64,000 bases of DNA from Eledone cirrhosa. Taxonomy: Eukaryota. Numbering within the stretch: position 1 is the first letter of the stretch; the number at the start of each line of letters is the position of its first letter. Below the pieces are notes generated by a model. It was given only the letters and a program-made list of their open reading frames with translations. It made no database searches and had not been told where the DNA came from. The DNA is taken from positions 368,528,001 through 368,592,000 of the forward strand of contig OZ024743.1 of the NCBI GenBank assembly GCA_964016885.1. The letters run 5' to 3'. Below are positions 50,351-63,862 of the stretch, piece after piece. The translations under genes and the position numbers were made by a program.

Positions 50351-51530
50351 AATTTAACAAGATTTCATATCCAATCTGTATTGGAAAAATGGAACTATTT
50401 AGGAATAACACTGAAATGGGATATAACGCCTTTAATCATGTCTTTGATATGATTTATCATGTGAAACAGGCATTTTATACATTTCATATATCATGAATAC
50501 ACACCACTCACACACCTGCTTAAACACACATGCATTTGTGCACTTTCAGGCATGCCTGTGTGTACATGGGTGCAGACTCACATGCATGTGTACACACACA
50601 CACATGCATATATGCACATTAAAATGCATGATAAAATACACAATTTACAAGAACTAGAAATGATGAATATTGACTTAATGAAATCTAAAAATATTAAGCC
50701 TCCCTTTTCATATTCTGCTGGTCTATTTTAAATCAGGAACTCACAAAATAACTCCTATAAAAAAACAGAAAAAAATGCCAAAAAAAAAAAGAAAGCTAAA
50801 AATAATTTTTTTTCAGTTCCTCAGTTAATTTTTAATTGCTTTAAGGACTAATCTTTAAGATTAACTTATAAATTCTCACCTTATTTCACACTGCCGTGCC
50901 AATTCCATGAGGTTTTAGTTTTTTCTTCTCATAAAAAAATTATTTTTTTGAAACTGTTTTTATGTTAATCTGTGAGAAATTCTTTGGCTCTATTATAGTA
51001 TCTGTAGGCGTCACATTTATTTTACTTTTTAATTAGTTAAGATTAACAAATGCCATAATTGATATAAATAATGGCATCCTATAAATATTTATAAGCATTC
51101 TTTTATTTCATATATATAGTGTTTAGAATGTCATATCTTCCAACGCTTTTACATTATATATATATATATGAAGTCAATATTTTTTTTATTTTAATAATTT
51201 AATTTTTTTTTTTTTACATTTTCTTCTAATTTTATATTATTTTCCTTTGTTATTATAAAAGACACTTTTTCTCTCTCCCCCTCATGTAAATATATAACTT
51301 TTTGCTGGTTTTTCCATCTACACATTTTTTTCTTCTTCGATTGAACAAAATGAAAAGATCATATCACAGTGTTTTGAACTGAAGCTTTCTAAGTCTGCTT
51401 CAAAGATATTTTTTACTGTAGATGTATTCACCTGCAAATCTGATCAACAGCAAAGAAAATGAACAGAACTGCAACCTTTTCAATTAGTTTGAATTTTAAA
51501 AATAAAGTTTTATATTTTATACAAGAAAAT
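50351..51530 (+). other. Probable 3'UTR of the Nrx-IV-like gene
   Basis: AU-rich sequence free of recognisable TEs between the stop codon and an AATAAA followed by a GU/U-rich tract; end inferred. Confidence 0.55.
51501..51506 (+). promoter_or_regulatory. Candidate polyadenylation signal AATAAA
   Basis: AATAAA followed about 25 nt later by ttgttgtttattgttatttattctttttt (GU/U-rich downstream element). Confidence 0.55.
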
Positions 51531-52459
51531 TTGTTGTTTATTGTTATTTATTCTTTTTTTCAGTTTCAATTTACAGGCTTATAGTTCTGCTCCCCTATCA
51601 TTCTTGTGATGGTTGTAATCAGTGCAGACGAAAATGTTTGAAAATCTGTCAAAAGCAGACCTATGATCTAAGGCCATAACCATCCTATCTTATTATTCAG
51701 CATAGAGCACCCTTGTGCACTATGTCAGTCTGCTTTTTTTTAAGATGGTAGTATATGATTTTATGGAAATATGGCTGCTATTCGTAGCAGATCGAATGAC
51801 AACATAAAAGCTCTCCTTTATCTCATAATTGATTAGTTTTATTAAGTTGTTTAAAAAATATCATCTCTGTTATAAAAGGTAATAATTGGAGGTAATTACA
51901 GAGATCACAAACAGATGATCTAAAGCAGATGTGAAGAACCATTTTAATAGTTTGGAAGGGGAGGAATTACAAGTGCATAAACTCTGTGTGTCCATCTGTG
52001 CTGAAAAATCCCTAATTTTACAAATTCACAGGTATGATACTTATATTGATCAGGATTTTACAGCTGCTTTCCATGCTAGCATATATTAAATTACTGCTTT
52101 CATCTTAAATCTTATACCATTTGTTTGTTTTTTATAGTTGATTTTTATGGGTTTTTAGTGATTTTGTTAGTGGGAGGTTTCGAATTTGAATGTGGGCAAA
52201 ATTTTGCTTGTGGGTGAGGGGTTTGCATACCTTATGTTAGGCAAAAGTGGTTGATGGAGTTACAGCAAAGTTAGTACAAGATAATTCATTTGAATTAGTT
52301 ATAGTTTGTGTTTGCACCATGATGTGCTGCACAGTATTAGTATTTTGTATATATATATTAAATGAGATGCTAGGATCATTGGGAGAAGTAGGAGTCAAAC
52401 TAGTAACCTGCACAGTCAATCAGGAAATACAGGTTGGAGTCATACCCAATGACTAGCGC

Positions 52460-53586
52460 AGCAGTACCTCGATCTGTTATCTGGTGGTCCTTAAGGAAAT
52501 TAGGTGTAGAAGAATGGCTTATGAAAGAAGTACAAGCCATGTAAAGAGGAGCTGTCAGTAAAGTGAGGAATTCAAGGTACAGGTAGGATTTCATCAAGGT
52601 TCAGTTTTTAGCTCACTGCTGTTTATCATAGTTCTCCAGACCATAACAGAAGAGTTTAAAAATGGCTGTCTATGGGAACTTCTTTTCATCTGCTCATAAT
52701 TTGGTCCTTATAGCTGAATCCATAAAGGAACTAGAAAATAAGTTCTGACTATGGAAACAGAAGTTGGAATCAAAAGGTCTGAGAGTGGACTAAGTGAAAA
52801 CTAAAATGCTAGTAAGTAGGAGAGAAAATAAGACCCTGATTCCTTCAGGGAAATGGCCTTGCTCAATATGTAGAAAAGGAGTAGGCATAAACTCCATGTG
52901 GTGTACACGAGATGTAGTGGGATAACATCAGTGATATAAAACTCTTCAAGTCATTGGAAGGAAGGGTTCATAGTGTGGTTGACAGTGTCTGCTATCTAGG
53001 TGACTTAATCAGCAGTGGAGGAGGGTGCTCTGGGAGCATAATAGTTAGAATATGGATAGGTTGGCAGAAGTTTAGAGAACTACTCCCACTGTTGACAAGA
53101 AAAGGTCTCTTCTTTCGTACAAAAGAACGACTGTATGACACCTGTGTGCAAAGTTCGATTTTGCATGGTAGTGAAATATGGGCAGTGACTGCAGAAGACA
53201 TGTAGACTGGAGTGAAATGAAGTAGCCATGCTTCATTGGATGTACAACATAAATGTGAGAGAAAAGAAGAGCTTGGATGAACTGAGGGAAAAGCTGGGTT
53301 TAAGATGAATCTGAAGTAGTGTGAAGGAGAGAAGGCTGCATTGGTACAGACATGTGATGTGTATGAATCAGGATCGATGGGTGAAGAGGTACTAGGAAAT
53401 GCCAGTGGATAGAAGCCACAAGAGAGGTAGACCGAGAAAGACCTAGGCAGAGGTGGTGAGAGCTGACTTCAAATTGCTGAGATTCACAGAGATGATGATG
53501 AAATGTGAGTGAAGAGAAGCTGTGCTGAAAAAGACCTGTCCAACCCATGCAAGTGTGGAAAAGTGGACATAAAAACAATGATGATA
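52460..53586 (+). mobile_element. Decayed RTE relative of subfamily A (RT to tail)
   Basis: Remnants VPRSVIWWSLRKLGV, GKWPCSICRKGVG, VDSVCYLGDLISSGGGC, ILHGSEIWA with stops and frameshifts; tail acctgtccaacccatgcaagtgtggaaaagtggac. Confidence 0.88.
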
Positions 53587-53690
53587 CAGTGAAAATGATA
53601 TGGAAGGTGGTAACAAGCCTATACTTCCCTATACAGATCTGTCATAAAATCCCAAAAATGAAGCAAATCATTGATCTAATTAATCAGTAT

Positions 53691-53892
53691 TGTAGCAAAG
53701 CGACACCTGTGGTGTGATAGCTCTGATGTCACAAACGGACGTCATAAAAATAACACAGACACTCTAGGCAAAAAAAATGCAGAGCGACAACACGCATTTT
53801 TCTTGGAGCTGATTGTACAAACACGCACCAGCCATTCGTATTCTTCTGAATATTTTTGCAAGTCATAAATACACAAATACACGTCGTCTAAA
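53691..53892 (+). repeat. 5' LTR
   Basis: tgtag...gtctaaa; about 9 differences from the 3' LTR counted by eye. Confidence 0.9.
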
Positions 53893-54154
53893 AGTGGTTG
53901 ACCCTGATTATGCATTACACAGCCTTCTAAAAAAACTTCGAAAAACTTCTAACAGACTTCTAAAAACTTCTAGAGAAACATTTAATTTTTCTGCCTTGAA
54001 TTATTGTGATTTGTCAATTCCGGATTTTGCATTTCTTCTTTCTTCATGGATGTTGAGGGAAATTTGTGTTGTTTTCCCGTTGTTCCAAACATCTAACACG
54101 CGTTGCATTTCTTTACTTGGATATCATTCAGTATTTTTTATGTGGAACTAATAC

Positions 54155-54941
54155 ATGCTAATGATGAGTAGTCCTAATTTACCTGCATTCTCCGGTGATC
54201 CCAAGCTCTGGTTTGCGCAACTGGATGCATATTTTGCTGCAAGTGGAATTAAAACAGAGCAGAAACTCAATGTTTTGATTAGTGGTATACCTTCGTCGCT
54301 CGCCATCACGGTGAAAGATTTAATAACGGACCCGCCAACCAGTACTTTGTATGATTCGTTGAGGACGGAAATATTAAGGAGAAACTGCCGTTCTGCTGAA
54401 AGCAGGTTTCTGCATTATTGGAGGACGAGTGTTTAGGCGACAGGTTGGCGTCTGAAATTTTAGGCCACATTCGGGACCTCAGTGAATCACCCGATGAGGA
54501 TAGTTCATTTATCAAAAAGCTTTTTTTTTTCTCGCTTGCCAAACAATGTACAGATTATATTGGCTACCATAGTGGACTTGAGCTCGGTGGAGCAGATCGC
54601 TGCGTCTGCCGATCGAATTGTGGAATTCTCTAGGAAAACTACCCCGTCGGACTCGCTTGTTGCATCTTCGACTATTCCGAACGAACCCGTCTCGACACAC
54701 GAGGATGCCATGTTGAAGGCAATTGACGCGTCAAGTCGCAAAATTATGTAGGGAGAGTAGGACATCTCCCAGGCGGCCAAGAAGTTGTTTGCGTTCCTTC
54801 GCGACTTCACGCCGTAACGCCCGCTTGCTCGCCAGCAATTCGTCTTTTTGCTGGTATCATGCCACCTTCGCTGATAAAGCAAAACATGGCCGGCCACCGT
54901 GTAACTATTCAACTTCGGGAAACGCAGACCAGAGTCACTGA
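54155..54941 (+). pseudogene. Frameshifted gag of the Gypsy element
   Basis: Consecutive ORFs in different frames: PKLWFAQLDAYF, LGDRLASEIL, RLPNNVQIILA, CWYHATFADKAKHGRPPC. Confidence 0.8.
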
Positions 54942-54983
54942 AGGCGGCAGCTGATCTCAGTGCTACACACCCAAACCATCACT

Positions 54984-56800
54984 TCTTTATTGAGGACCTC
55001 CTGTCTGGAAGATCTTTTCTCGTAGATACGGGAGCCTCCTGCAGTATTTGGCCGGTGAACTGTGTTAAAGAAACTCCTCCTGAGTCATCAATGAATCTAC
55101 AAGCTGTCAATCATTCGCCGATACGGACTTTTGGACAAATCTCGCTTCCTCTGCAATTCAGAAATCTTCGACGAGAATTCAAATGGATTTATACGGTTGC
55201 TGACCTACCATATCCGATCTTGGGAGCGGATTTTCTACACCATTTTGCATTGACGGTGGATGTCCATGGCCGATGCCTAGTAGACGGCATTACTGATTTT
55301 TCTCTTCGTGGCCAGAAAGCTAATTTTCCAACAGTTAGCCCGACCTTTTTCATCGCTAATGCTGGGAAACCCTATCATGCATTGTTGAATTCTTTCCCAC
55401 AGCTTACTCTTGAAAATTTTCGAGTTGTCGAACCGACTCACACAACGGAGCATTTTATCTCTACAACTGGCGCCCCAGTGTTCTCACGTCCTCGTCGCTT
55501 GCCTGCGGACAAATTGAAGGCAGCACGATCCGAGTTCGACCACATCCTGCAGCTTGGCATAATTCGCCCTTCTACGAGCCCTTGGGCTTCTCCATTGCAC
55601 ATGGTACCCAAGACTTCTGGTGACTGGAGACCCACTGGGGATTATAGGAAGTTAAATGCTATAACTGTCCCGGATAGATACCCTATCCCACACCTGCAAG
55701 ATTTTGCATCGTCGTTGCAGGGATGTCAAATTTTCTCGAAGCTCGATTTGGTGCGAGCCTATCATCAAATTCCTGTCAAGAAAGAAGATATTCCGAAAAC
55801 GGCCATTACGACTCCATTTGGATCATTCGAATTTCTTACCATGTTTTTCGGACTTAGGAATGCTGCTAGCACCTTTCAACGGTTCATGGATGAGGTCACT
55901 CGTGGTTTAGACTTCGTCTACACTTATATTGATGATCTGCTTATTACTTGTCCCTCCCGTGAAGAACACATACGTTATTTGAATCTTTTGTTTTGTCGAC
56001 TCAAGGATTACAGTGTTCAAATAAATCCCATAAAATGTGTTTTCGGTGCGGAATTGCTGAATTTTTTAGGTCATGTCATTGACTCCGAGGGTATTCGACG
56101 CCTCCCTCAACGAGTTCAGGCTATAGTGTATTTGCCTCCGCCGACCTCACTTCGTCAGTTGTGACAATTCCTAGGACTGATAAATTTCTATAGACGTTTT
56201 GTTCCGCATTGTGCTAATCTACTCTTCTCTCTTACTGAGATTCTGAAAAATTGCCGCAAGAAGAACAAGGAAATCTCAGCATTGGCTAGTGCATCTTTGC
56301 TGGCCCACCCAGTGTCCAATGCCAAGCTTTCGCTTTGTGTTGATGCGTTGGATACTGCAGTGGGTGCAGTCTTACAACAGAATAGTGACGATCACCAACA
56401 ACCATTGGAATTTTTCTCCAGGAAGTTGAAGCCTGCAGAAACTCGCTACAGCACCTTTGGTCGGAAGTTGTTAGCCATCTACCTTTCCGTGAAACATTTT
56501 TCACATATGCTTGAAGGAAGGTGTTTTACAATCTATACTGACCATAAATCTTCGACCTTCGCTTTAAGGGCAAAGGCCAACAAGTACTCACCCAGAGAAA
56601 CAAGGCATCTCGACTTTATCTCGCAATTCACAAACGACATCCAACACATTCCAGGTTCATTGAACACAGCAGCTGATGCCCTGTCTCGATTGCCAATCAG
56701 TTCGATTGCGTCATCCCACGACATCGAGTTAAATCACTTGGCAGCAGACCAACCTGCACTGGAATCGTTGAATATTACATCAGCTGAATTTGCTACGAGT
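54984..56800 (+). pseudogene. Disrupted pol (protease-RT-RNase H) of the Gypsy element
   Basis: DTGA protease, [37 protein letters not shown], stop at 56162, then RNase H; ends before integrase. Confidence 0.9.
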
Positions 56801-56868
56801 AATTTGAAATACCTGAGCCACATACACCCCCCATCTTTCTCTTTTGCACACACACACACACGTTTCTT

Positions 56869-57069
56869 TGTAGGGAAGCAACACCTGTGGTGTGATAGCT
56901 CTGACGTCACAAACGGACGTCATAAAAATAACACAGACACTCCGGCAAAAAAAATGCAGAGCGACAACACGCATTTTTCTTGGAGCTGATTGTACAAACA
57001 TGCACCAGCCATTCGCATTCTTCTGAATATTTTTGCAAGTCATAAATACACAAATACACATCGTCTAAA
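56869..57069 (+). repeat. 3' LTR
   Basis: tgtag...gtctaaa followed by gtat. Confidence 0.9.
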
Positions 57070-57469
57070 GTATCAATCATCAATTATCTATTTTGGAAAG
57101 AAGCATCTTAAGACCAGGATTTTAATCTTCGGTAGTATTTTGGTCTTCTATATCTCACACTGCACAAAAATACTATTTACCTGCCCAGGGAAGAAATTTT
57201 AAATGTTCTCCACATAGTGTTAAAATAACGTTGAACAGAAGGGCAGATATTACAGGACAGGCCATACGTAGTGCTTTAAATAGCTCCAAACAGATCTCAA
57301 TTAAGACAACTCAAATTAATAAAATTTGGAGTAGTTATACTCCAAATGTTTTCCTGTTTTATTTACTTAACTATTGTTACTGAAGATTGTTATGCAATTG
57401 ACTGTTGGAATGTGCACTTATTTACATAACTGACACTCACAGTTCAGCATTCAGAGATTTTAATGAAAA

Positions 57470-59062
57470 TATTGCACAAGACAAGCTTAAAGGGTTCTGC
57501 TTTCATGATAAAACAGACAGAAATGGAGAATTATTGTTGAATCTTTAAAATGAACGTAATCGGACTGATTTGGAAGATAAGTATAAGAAAAAAACTAGGA
57601 AAGTTGTAGACATTTAAATATCCAAATGGTGCCCAAAGTCAACTTGATCATATTTTAATAAATAATAAATGGAAAAGTGATGCAATGAACTGTAAAGCCT
57701 ATAACTCTTCCTTGCCAATAGTTTCATTGTCCAATCACAGCAAGGATCAGATTATCACTAACAATAAAACTAACAAGACAAAGAAAATTCCCTTTGACTG
57801 GTCTGCACTAAACACAAATGAGAACATCAGGGAAAACTACACAGTTGAAATTAATAACAGATACCATGTTCTTCAAGATAACTCTGCTAACACAATGTAC
57901 ACTTGAGTCTTGAATAATCGTCCCCACCCAGCTTATTCCAACCCCACTGCTCATATTCCAATCCCTCAACCCCTGCTTATTAAATCTAGCTAATTTATCT
58001 CTAGCGAAATTTGATTTTAAGTGATAGCATTCTTGTGATAATTAATTTTCTGTAGACATAAAAGAACATTATACATAACAAAAAAGTACATTACAAGCAA
58101 ACCCATATGTTATAAATAAATAGGATGGGTTGGGGTCTCAATATGTAAACTAAACGACTAATTCTGTATTTTTTTAAAAATCAATGGAGAAAACCTAGAA
58201 AACTTACCTATTTTCCACACAACTCTCCCTCACCCTCATTACAACCTTACGCACACTTTTTCCAGCACTCCCGCTTATTCTAACCAGTCCTGAGAGTATG
58301 AGAATATATATGAAGCACATAAAAAGGCTACAGAACTTCACATATCTTTAAGAATAGTGCAAAGCAAAGAAGGTCTGATGGAAAAACCAAGAAGTAGTAA
58401 AGAAAAGGAAAGAATTAAAAAGTACCCATTCTAAACACATGCTTCATCTGAAACAAACAGCTTAAGGTTGAAGTTAAAAGAAATGATGCTTATATCAAAG
58501 AACAAGAAATCTACATGAAGGAGAAAAGAGAACTACTGCATAATGCCCACTTAAATCAAAAAGCTAAGCTTGCCTGGAATGTTATCAACAAAATAACTGG
58601 AAGAAAGAAATACAACTAAGGTAAGATAAAAGCTGAAAATCCAGAGGAAAGAGTAAAGTTGTGGAAGGGAGCATTTTGCTAAGTTACTTGGACAACCTCC
58701 CTTGATAGCTGAAGGAGATATTGACATGGTATTTGACCCATTGTGTATTGATGTTGGTGATTTTACAATGCAGGAGTTAAAATATGAAATCAAGTTGATA
58801 CAAAACAACAAAACTACAAGCTTGGATAATATACCAGCAGAAGTATGGAATGTATGCATGAATGATGAGATGCTTGAAATCTACCAAAAGATCTTCAAAG
58901 GAGAGGTATCGAAAATCTGGAGAAAAGTAGGAATAGTGCCTCTACCCAAGGAGTGTGACCTGGGATATACAACAAATTACATAGGAATCATTTTGTCAGT
59001 AGTTGCAGCTAAAATAGACAACAGAAAGCTACTAAGCAGAATAAGATTGCATCTTATGAAGT
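57470..59062 (+). mobile_element. Decayed RTE-like LINE (similar type to 8600-9445)
   Basis: YPNGAQSQLDHILINNKW (APE end), FTMQELK..LDNIPAEVW, IVPLPKECDLGYTTNYIGIIL (RT N-terminal part). Confidence 0.78.
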
Positions 59063-59344
59063 AGTCAAGGAAGATATGTTCAAAGATCCATCGCTCAACC
59101 ACCAGACAATACAAACCTCAGTAAGCAGTTGCCAGAAGCAAAGAAAAATCGTGAATTGTAGAGAGACTTAGTTAAGTATGTTTAACAGTGGTTGTAATAA
59201 TGATCTATCTATCTGCTTATCTAGCTATGATGAACTCTCCCATCAATTTCGATGTATGAGGATCTAAACAATCTATTCGGTTCATTCAATTTGAATGTTT
59301 ATATAGAGCATGGCATTTTAGAATTTAATTTGTCTGCCTCTTTT

Positions 59345-59905
59345 TTTCCCTCCCTTAATAGTGCCCTGAAGGATGGTTTGGACAAGGAGTTGTGATTGGA
59401 TATTTGACTATACTAGGCAAGCTGCCATCTTTTCACCATCACAAGGAGTGGTTCCTATCTACCAGTATATTTAACTTGCTGCCTGACAAAGCTGTTTGTT
59501 TTGTGCTCTGTCTATAGGATGTGGAGCAACCTTCTGAAGCACTCGTGCTCGAATGACTGGAATTTTTATTCCATGTCAACTGTAAATGTCCAACTCTCAC
59601 ACCCGTACAAAAGGATCGAAGTAACCAAGGATGTGTATAGTTTGAGCTTCGTTGAAAAACTGATGGAGTTGCTTTTCCATATGACATTCAGCTCTCCCAT
59701 GGCAGAGGTGGCCAGAGCGAATCTTGTCAGTATCTCCTTTAGAGATCTGCCATCTTTGGTCAGAGTGGATCCTAGATACTTGAAGGTGTCCACTTCTTCA
59801 AGTTTTCTTCCATTAACCAGAATCCTGCTCTTTTCTGAGCTGATCTCCATTCCATATGCTCCTGATACATTTTCCAGGCTGGTAGTGAGCTCCTGGCCAT
59901 CTAAT
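59345..59905 (-). mobile_element. Decayed RTE RT C-terminal fragment
   Basis: MEISSEKSRILVNGRKLEEVDTFKYLGSTL...LVTSILLYGCESWT. Confidence 0.82.
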
Positions 59906-60564
59906 TAAACTGACGATTGCTGCATGAACTACTGCTTATTATGAGACAAGCAGGATTTTTATCGAGACTTACTCTTCTAGATCCAACCTGTTCTGCTACC
60001 CTATGGTAGCCATATAAGAGGTTCCTCATGTAGGATGTGACTTTTCACCACATGGGTCAGTCATCGAACTGAGAGAGGCTAGGTGCTCAACTTGAATGAG
60101 CATATGTTGCGCTTCATCAGTTCATCGTCAGTTCACTGAGTGACATGCTGAACAAACACTGGGACACATGGGGACACCACAAAAGACCATCTAGTGCCAA
60201 CCAGTAAAAGCTACTACAGCTCTGTACACTCTTAAATTAACATAAACATATTTACACACTATTGGATTTCTGGTGAATCTCATGAATTCCTCTGTTCTTT
60301 GTCAGGTTTTGTTTTTCATCCTGCTGAGTGACCAAATTCACCCTCTTCGCCAGGCAAACTTGGTGGGGTTCCCAGTTTAGTCACTGACGACCTGGCCATG
60401 TGATAGTTTGTTCTGAGTTACATGTTGCCAGTAGCTCTCAGGAATATATATATTAATTAAAGGTTAATTAGTCTCTAATATCCCAATGAATGGATAAAAT
60501 ATGTTGATAAGATATCACTCAGAGAAGCAATATTACATATTAATTTAAGTAAGAAAAACTCTAT

Positions 60565-60998
60565 TTATGGAGTACAAGCCAGACAGAGAAAAAAAATATT
60601 TTAGCTAGTCTCGCTTATATAAAACTCTCCCCACCATGTTTTCGTTTGTGGAAGATTTTATTATTGAAATTACCAATAATTGAAGAATCTGCAATATTCT
60701 TCAGGGGAGTTTAATTCTTCAAAATCTAAAAGAATATTGATCAAGAAATTATACATACTATTTCATTTGCCAAGGCAACAAAAATGCATGTTGTGTAGTT
60801 GAACTATTAAAGGATAAAATATCTCTTAACATATTAGGACTAAGCTTTTGAAGAATTAAGCTCTCTGAAGAGTACTGCAGATTCTTCAATTGGTAATTCC
60901 AATAATAAATTCTTCTGCAAACAATAACATGGTATGGAGATTTTTATATAAGCAAGAATACCTGAAATATTTTTTCTCTGTCTGGCTTATACTCCCAT
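60565..60998. repeat. Imperfect inverted repeat (approx. 180-bp arms)
   Basis: tatggagtacaagccagacagagaaaaaaaatatt vs aatattttttctctgtctggcttatactcccata, continuing inward. Confidence 0.75.
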
Positions 60999-61000
60999 AT

Positions 61001-61493
61001 ATCATCATCATCATCAAGGTTTAGCGTCCGTGTTCCATGCTTGCATGGGTTTGGACGGGGGTTTTCCCACTTGAGGCAAGAGTGGTTGTCTTGCTCGCAT
61101 AGGACTGTCTGGCGGGTTTTCTACAGCTGGATGCCCTTCCTAACACCAACCACATTTACAGTGTGGGGCTGGGAGGTTTTTACCGTGTTGCCTACACGGC
61201 CACATTACAGCGTGGACTGTGTGTTTTTTTGTCGTGACACCTACACGATCTCATTTGTTTCGGCCTGGATGGTGTGGCACCAACATAACTTTACATTGAA
61301 AGGGGCGGTGTGGATGGGGTGGGGGACGGGGGTGTGTTTTGATAGAGATGCCTACTGACTGTAGTAGGTTTTTACTTTGTATTTAGGTAAGGCGGGTCTT
61401 CTCTATTACTGAGTACCACCAAAGGTCTCGGTCCAGTGACATTGTCTTGGAGAGGTGTAAGCGTGTGAGGTCGGAATTTATCATGTCGTCCCA
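61001..61493 (-). mobile_element. 5'-truncated RTE subfamily B copy
   Basis: (CAT)n tail on the + strand, 3'UTR matching 9587-9811, and ORF-end remnant similar to 39063-39290. Confidence 0.85.
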
Positions 61494-61500
61494 TATATAT

Positions 61501-63862
61501 ATCATCATCATCATCATCATCACCGTTTTACGTCCGTTCTTCCACGCTAGCATGGGTTAGACGGGTTGTCCTGTTGTGGGCAGTGTCTGGTCGGCTGACC
61601 ATGCCTTGCTCATACAGGAACTGATCTGGCTTGATTTCTACAGCTGGATGCCCTTCCTAACACCAACCTCATTTACAGTGAGTGCTGGGTGCTTTTTCGT
61701 GGCGCCTACACGTCCACTTTACAGTGTGGGCTGGGTGCTTTTTTGCCGTGGCACCTCCACGGCCACCTTGCGGTGGGGGGGGGGGGGCATATTGTTTATA
61801 TGCTTCAGCATGTACCCATGGGAGGTCGGGTACCCTGTATTACTGCGTGACGCCAGAAGTCACGGTCGTGTGTCATTGACTTTGAGAGGTGTAGTTGGGT
61901 AAGGTCGGCTTTTATCACCTCATCCCAAGTCATCTTGGGTCTCCCCACTCCGCGGTTTCCATCAACTTCTAGTGCTCTGCACCTTTTTATGCAGCTGTCA
62001 TCCTTCATACGCATCACATGTCCATACCAGCGTAACCGCCTCTCCTGCACGCAGCATTTGATTCCTCTTATGCTCAGTCTCTCTCTCAATTCATTTATGC
62101 TTTGTCGTTCACGTATATTACTGTTACACATCCATCGGAGCATGCAGGCTTCGTTTCTCTCTAATCTACGTAAGTCTTCCACCTTCAGCGCCCAGGTCTC
62201 ACTACCATGCAACATCGCTGTTCGGATACACGCATCATACAGTCTGCCTTTCATTCTGAGGGAGAAGCCTTTTGCAGCTAGCAGTGGTAGTAGTTCCCTA
62301 AACTTCTTCCATCCCGTTCTTACCCTAGTTATTGTACTTTCTGAGCACCCACCTCCGTTGCTAATTCGGTCACCTAGGTAGCAGAAGCTGTCTACTGTTT
62401 CTACAGGGCCCTCCCAGAGATTGGTGGTACTTGTTTCCTGTGGCTGTTTGCTTGCTGTTTCAGCACAGCTGCTGCATGTGAATCCTACATTCTTAATTAA
62501 GCTTCCTGAGATCCCGCTACATCTCTTGTGTACCCATTGTTTGCATTTGGGGCAAAGAATGGAGTTCCTACCTACACCTTTCCTACATACTGAGCAAGGC
62601 CATTTCCCTGAGGGGATCTGGGTTCTGTTTTCTCGTCTACTTATAAGGACCTTAGTCTTTGTCATGTTGACTTTGAGGCCCTTTCTCTCTAGTCCCTGCT
62701 TCCAGGTTTGGAATTTATTCTCTAGTTCTACCATAGATTCAGCTATGAGTGCGAGGTCATCAGCATACAGGAGTTCCCATGGGCATCCGGTCTTAAACTC
62801 CTCCGTTATTGCCTGCAGGACTATGATGAACAGGAGAGGGCTAAGAACAGAGCCCTGGTGGACCCCAACCTGTACGCTAAATTCCTCGCTATACTCATTG
62901 CCAATCCTAGCTTTGCTGACTGCTCCCCTATACATGGCTTGTACCGCTTTCACAAGCCATTCATCTACTCCTAGTTTTCTAAGAGCCCACCAGATTACTG
63001 CACGTGGAACTCTGTCAAAGGCTTTCTCAAGGTCGACAAATGCCAAGTAGAGTGGCTTACTTTTAGCTAGGTACTTTTCCTGTAATTGCCTCACAAGGAA
63101 GAGGGCATCAGTGGTGCCTTTCCCTGGTACAAACCCAAATTGCATCTCGTCTATATTCACCCGGTCCCTAATCAGCTGTGCTATAACTCTTTCTGTTACT
63201 TTCATGACCTGGTCCATCAACTTTATACCTCTATAGTTTCCTCTATCTAGTGCATCACCTTTACCTTTGTAGCAGTTGACAATGATGCTACTGCACCAAT
63301 CTTTTGGTATGGCCCCCTCTAGTATTACCTGGTTAACGAAACGTGTGGTTATAGTGTGACCTACAGACCCAGATGCCTTCAGCATCTCGGCAGCTATACC
63401 CGATGGACCGGTTGCCTTCCCTATCTTCATATCTCTGATTGCCTTACTTACTACGCTGCCACTGACTTCTACTGCTGGTCCCTCTATAGGGTCTACGTGG
63501 GGTAGGGTCTCTTCTTCCCATGCATTCTCCTCATTTAGTAATCTATCATAATGACTCTTCCATGCATCTTTCTTCTCAGCACTTGTGAGGGCAAGCTCAC
63601 CTTTATCATTCCGGATACACTTCTCTCCAATGACATCACAACTATCTCTGACACACTGCCTCGCAATCTTGAATACCTCCTGTTTCTGGTCCTCACGTTG
63701 TAAAACATGCTTGAATTTTCTATCCTCTGCTTCCCTCCTAGCTAAGTATACTTGTCGCCTAGCTTCCCTCTTGGTCTCTATGTAATGTACCCTGCTCCCC
63801 CCGTTCTTCCATTCTTTCCATGCCTGTCTCTTGGCCTTGACTGCTTCATCTACCTTATTGTT
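61501..63862 (-). mobile_element. 5'-truncated RTE subfamily A copy (RT intact, APE missing)
   Basis: Protein identical to 10968-14090 from NNKVDEAV onward except a few substitutions and one codon indel (AAKG vs AAKKG); same 3'UTR and tail. The N-terminus of track ORF 61805-63988 is flanking DNA. Confidence 0.93.

Larger units (their letters stand above)
53691..57069 (+). mobile_element. Gypsy/Ty3 LTR retrotransposon, internally deleted (no integrase)
   Basis: Two approx. 200-bp LTRs, TSD (A)GTAT on both sides, PBS-like tggttgaccctga, gag (LPAFSGDPKLWFAQL), protease (FLVDTGAS), RT (YIDD), RNase H (VDALDTAVGAVL...ADALSR); stops and frameshifts. Confidence 0.92.
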
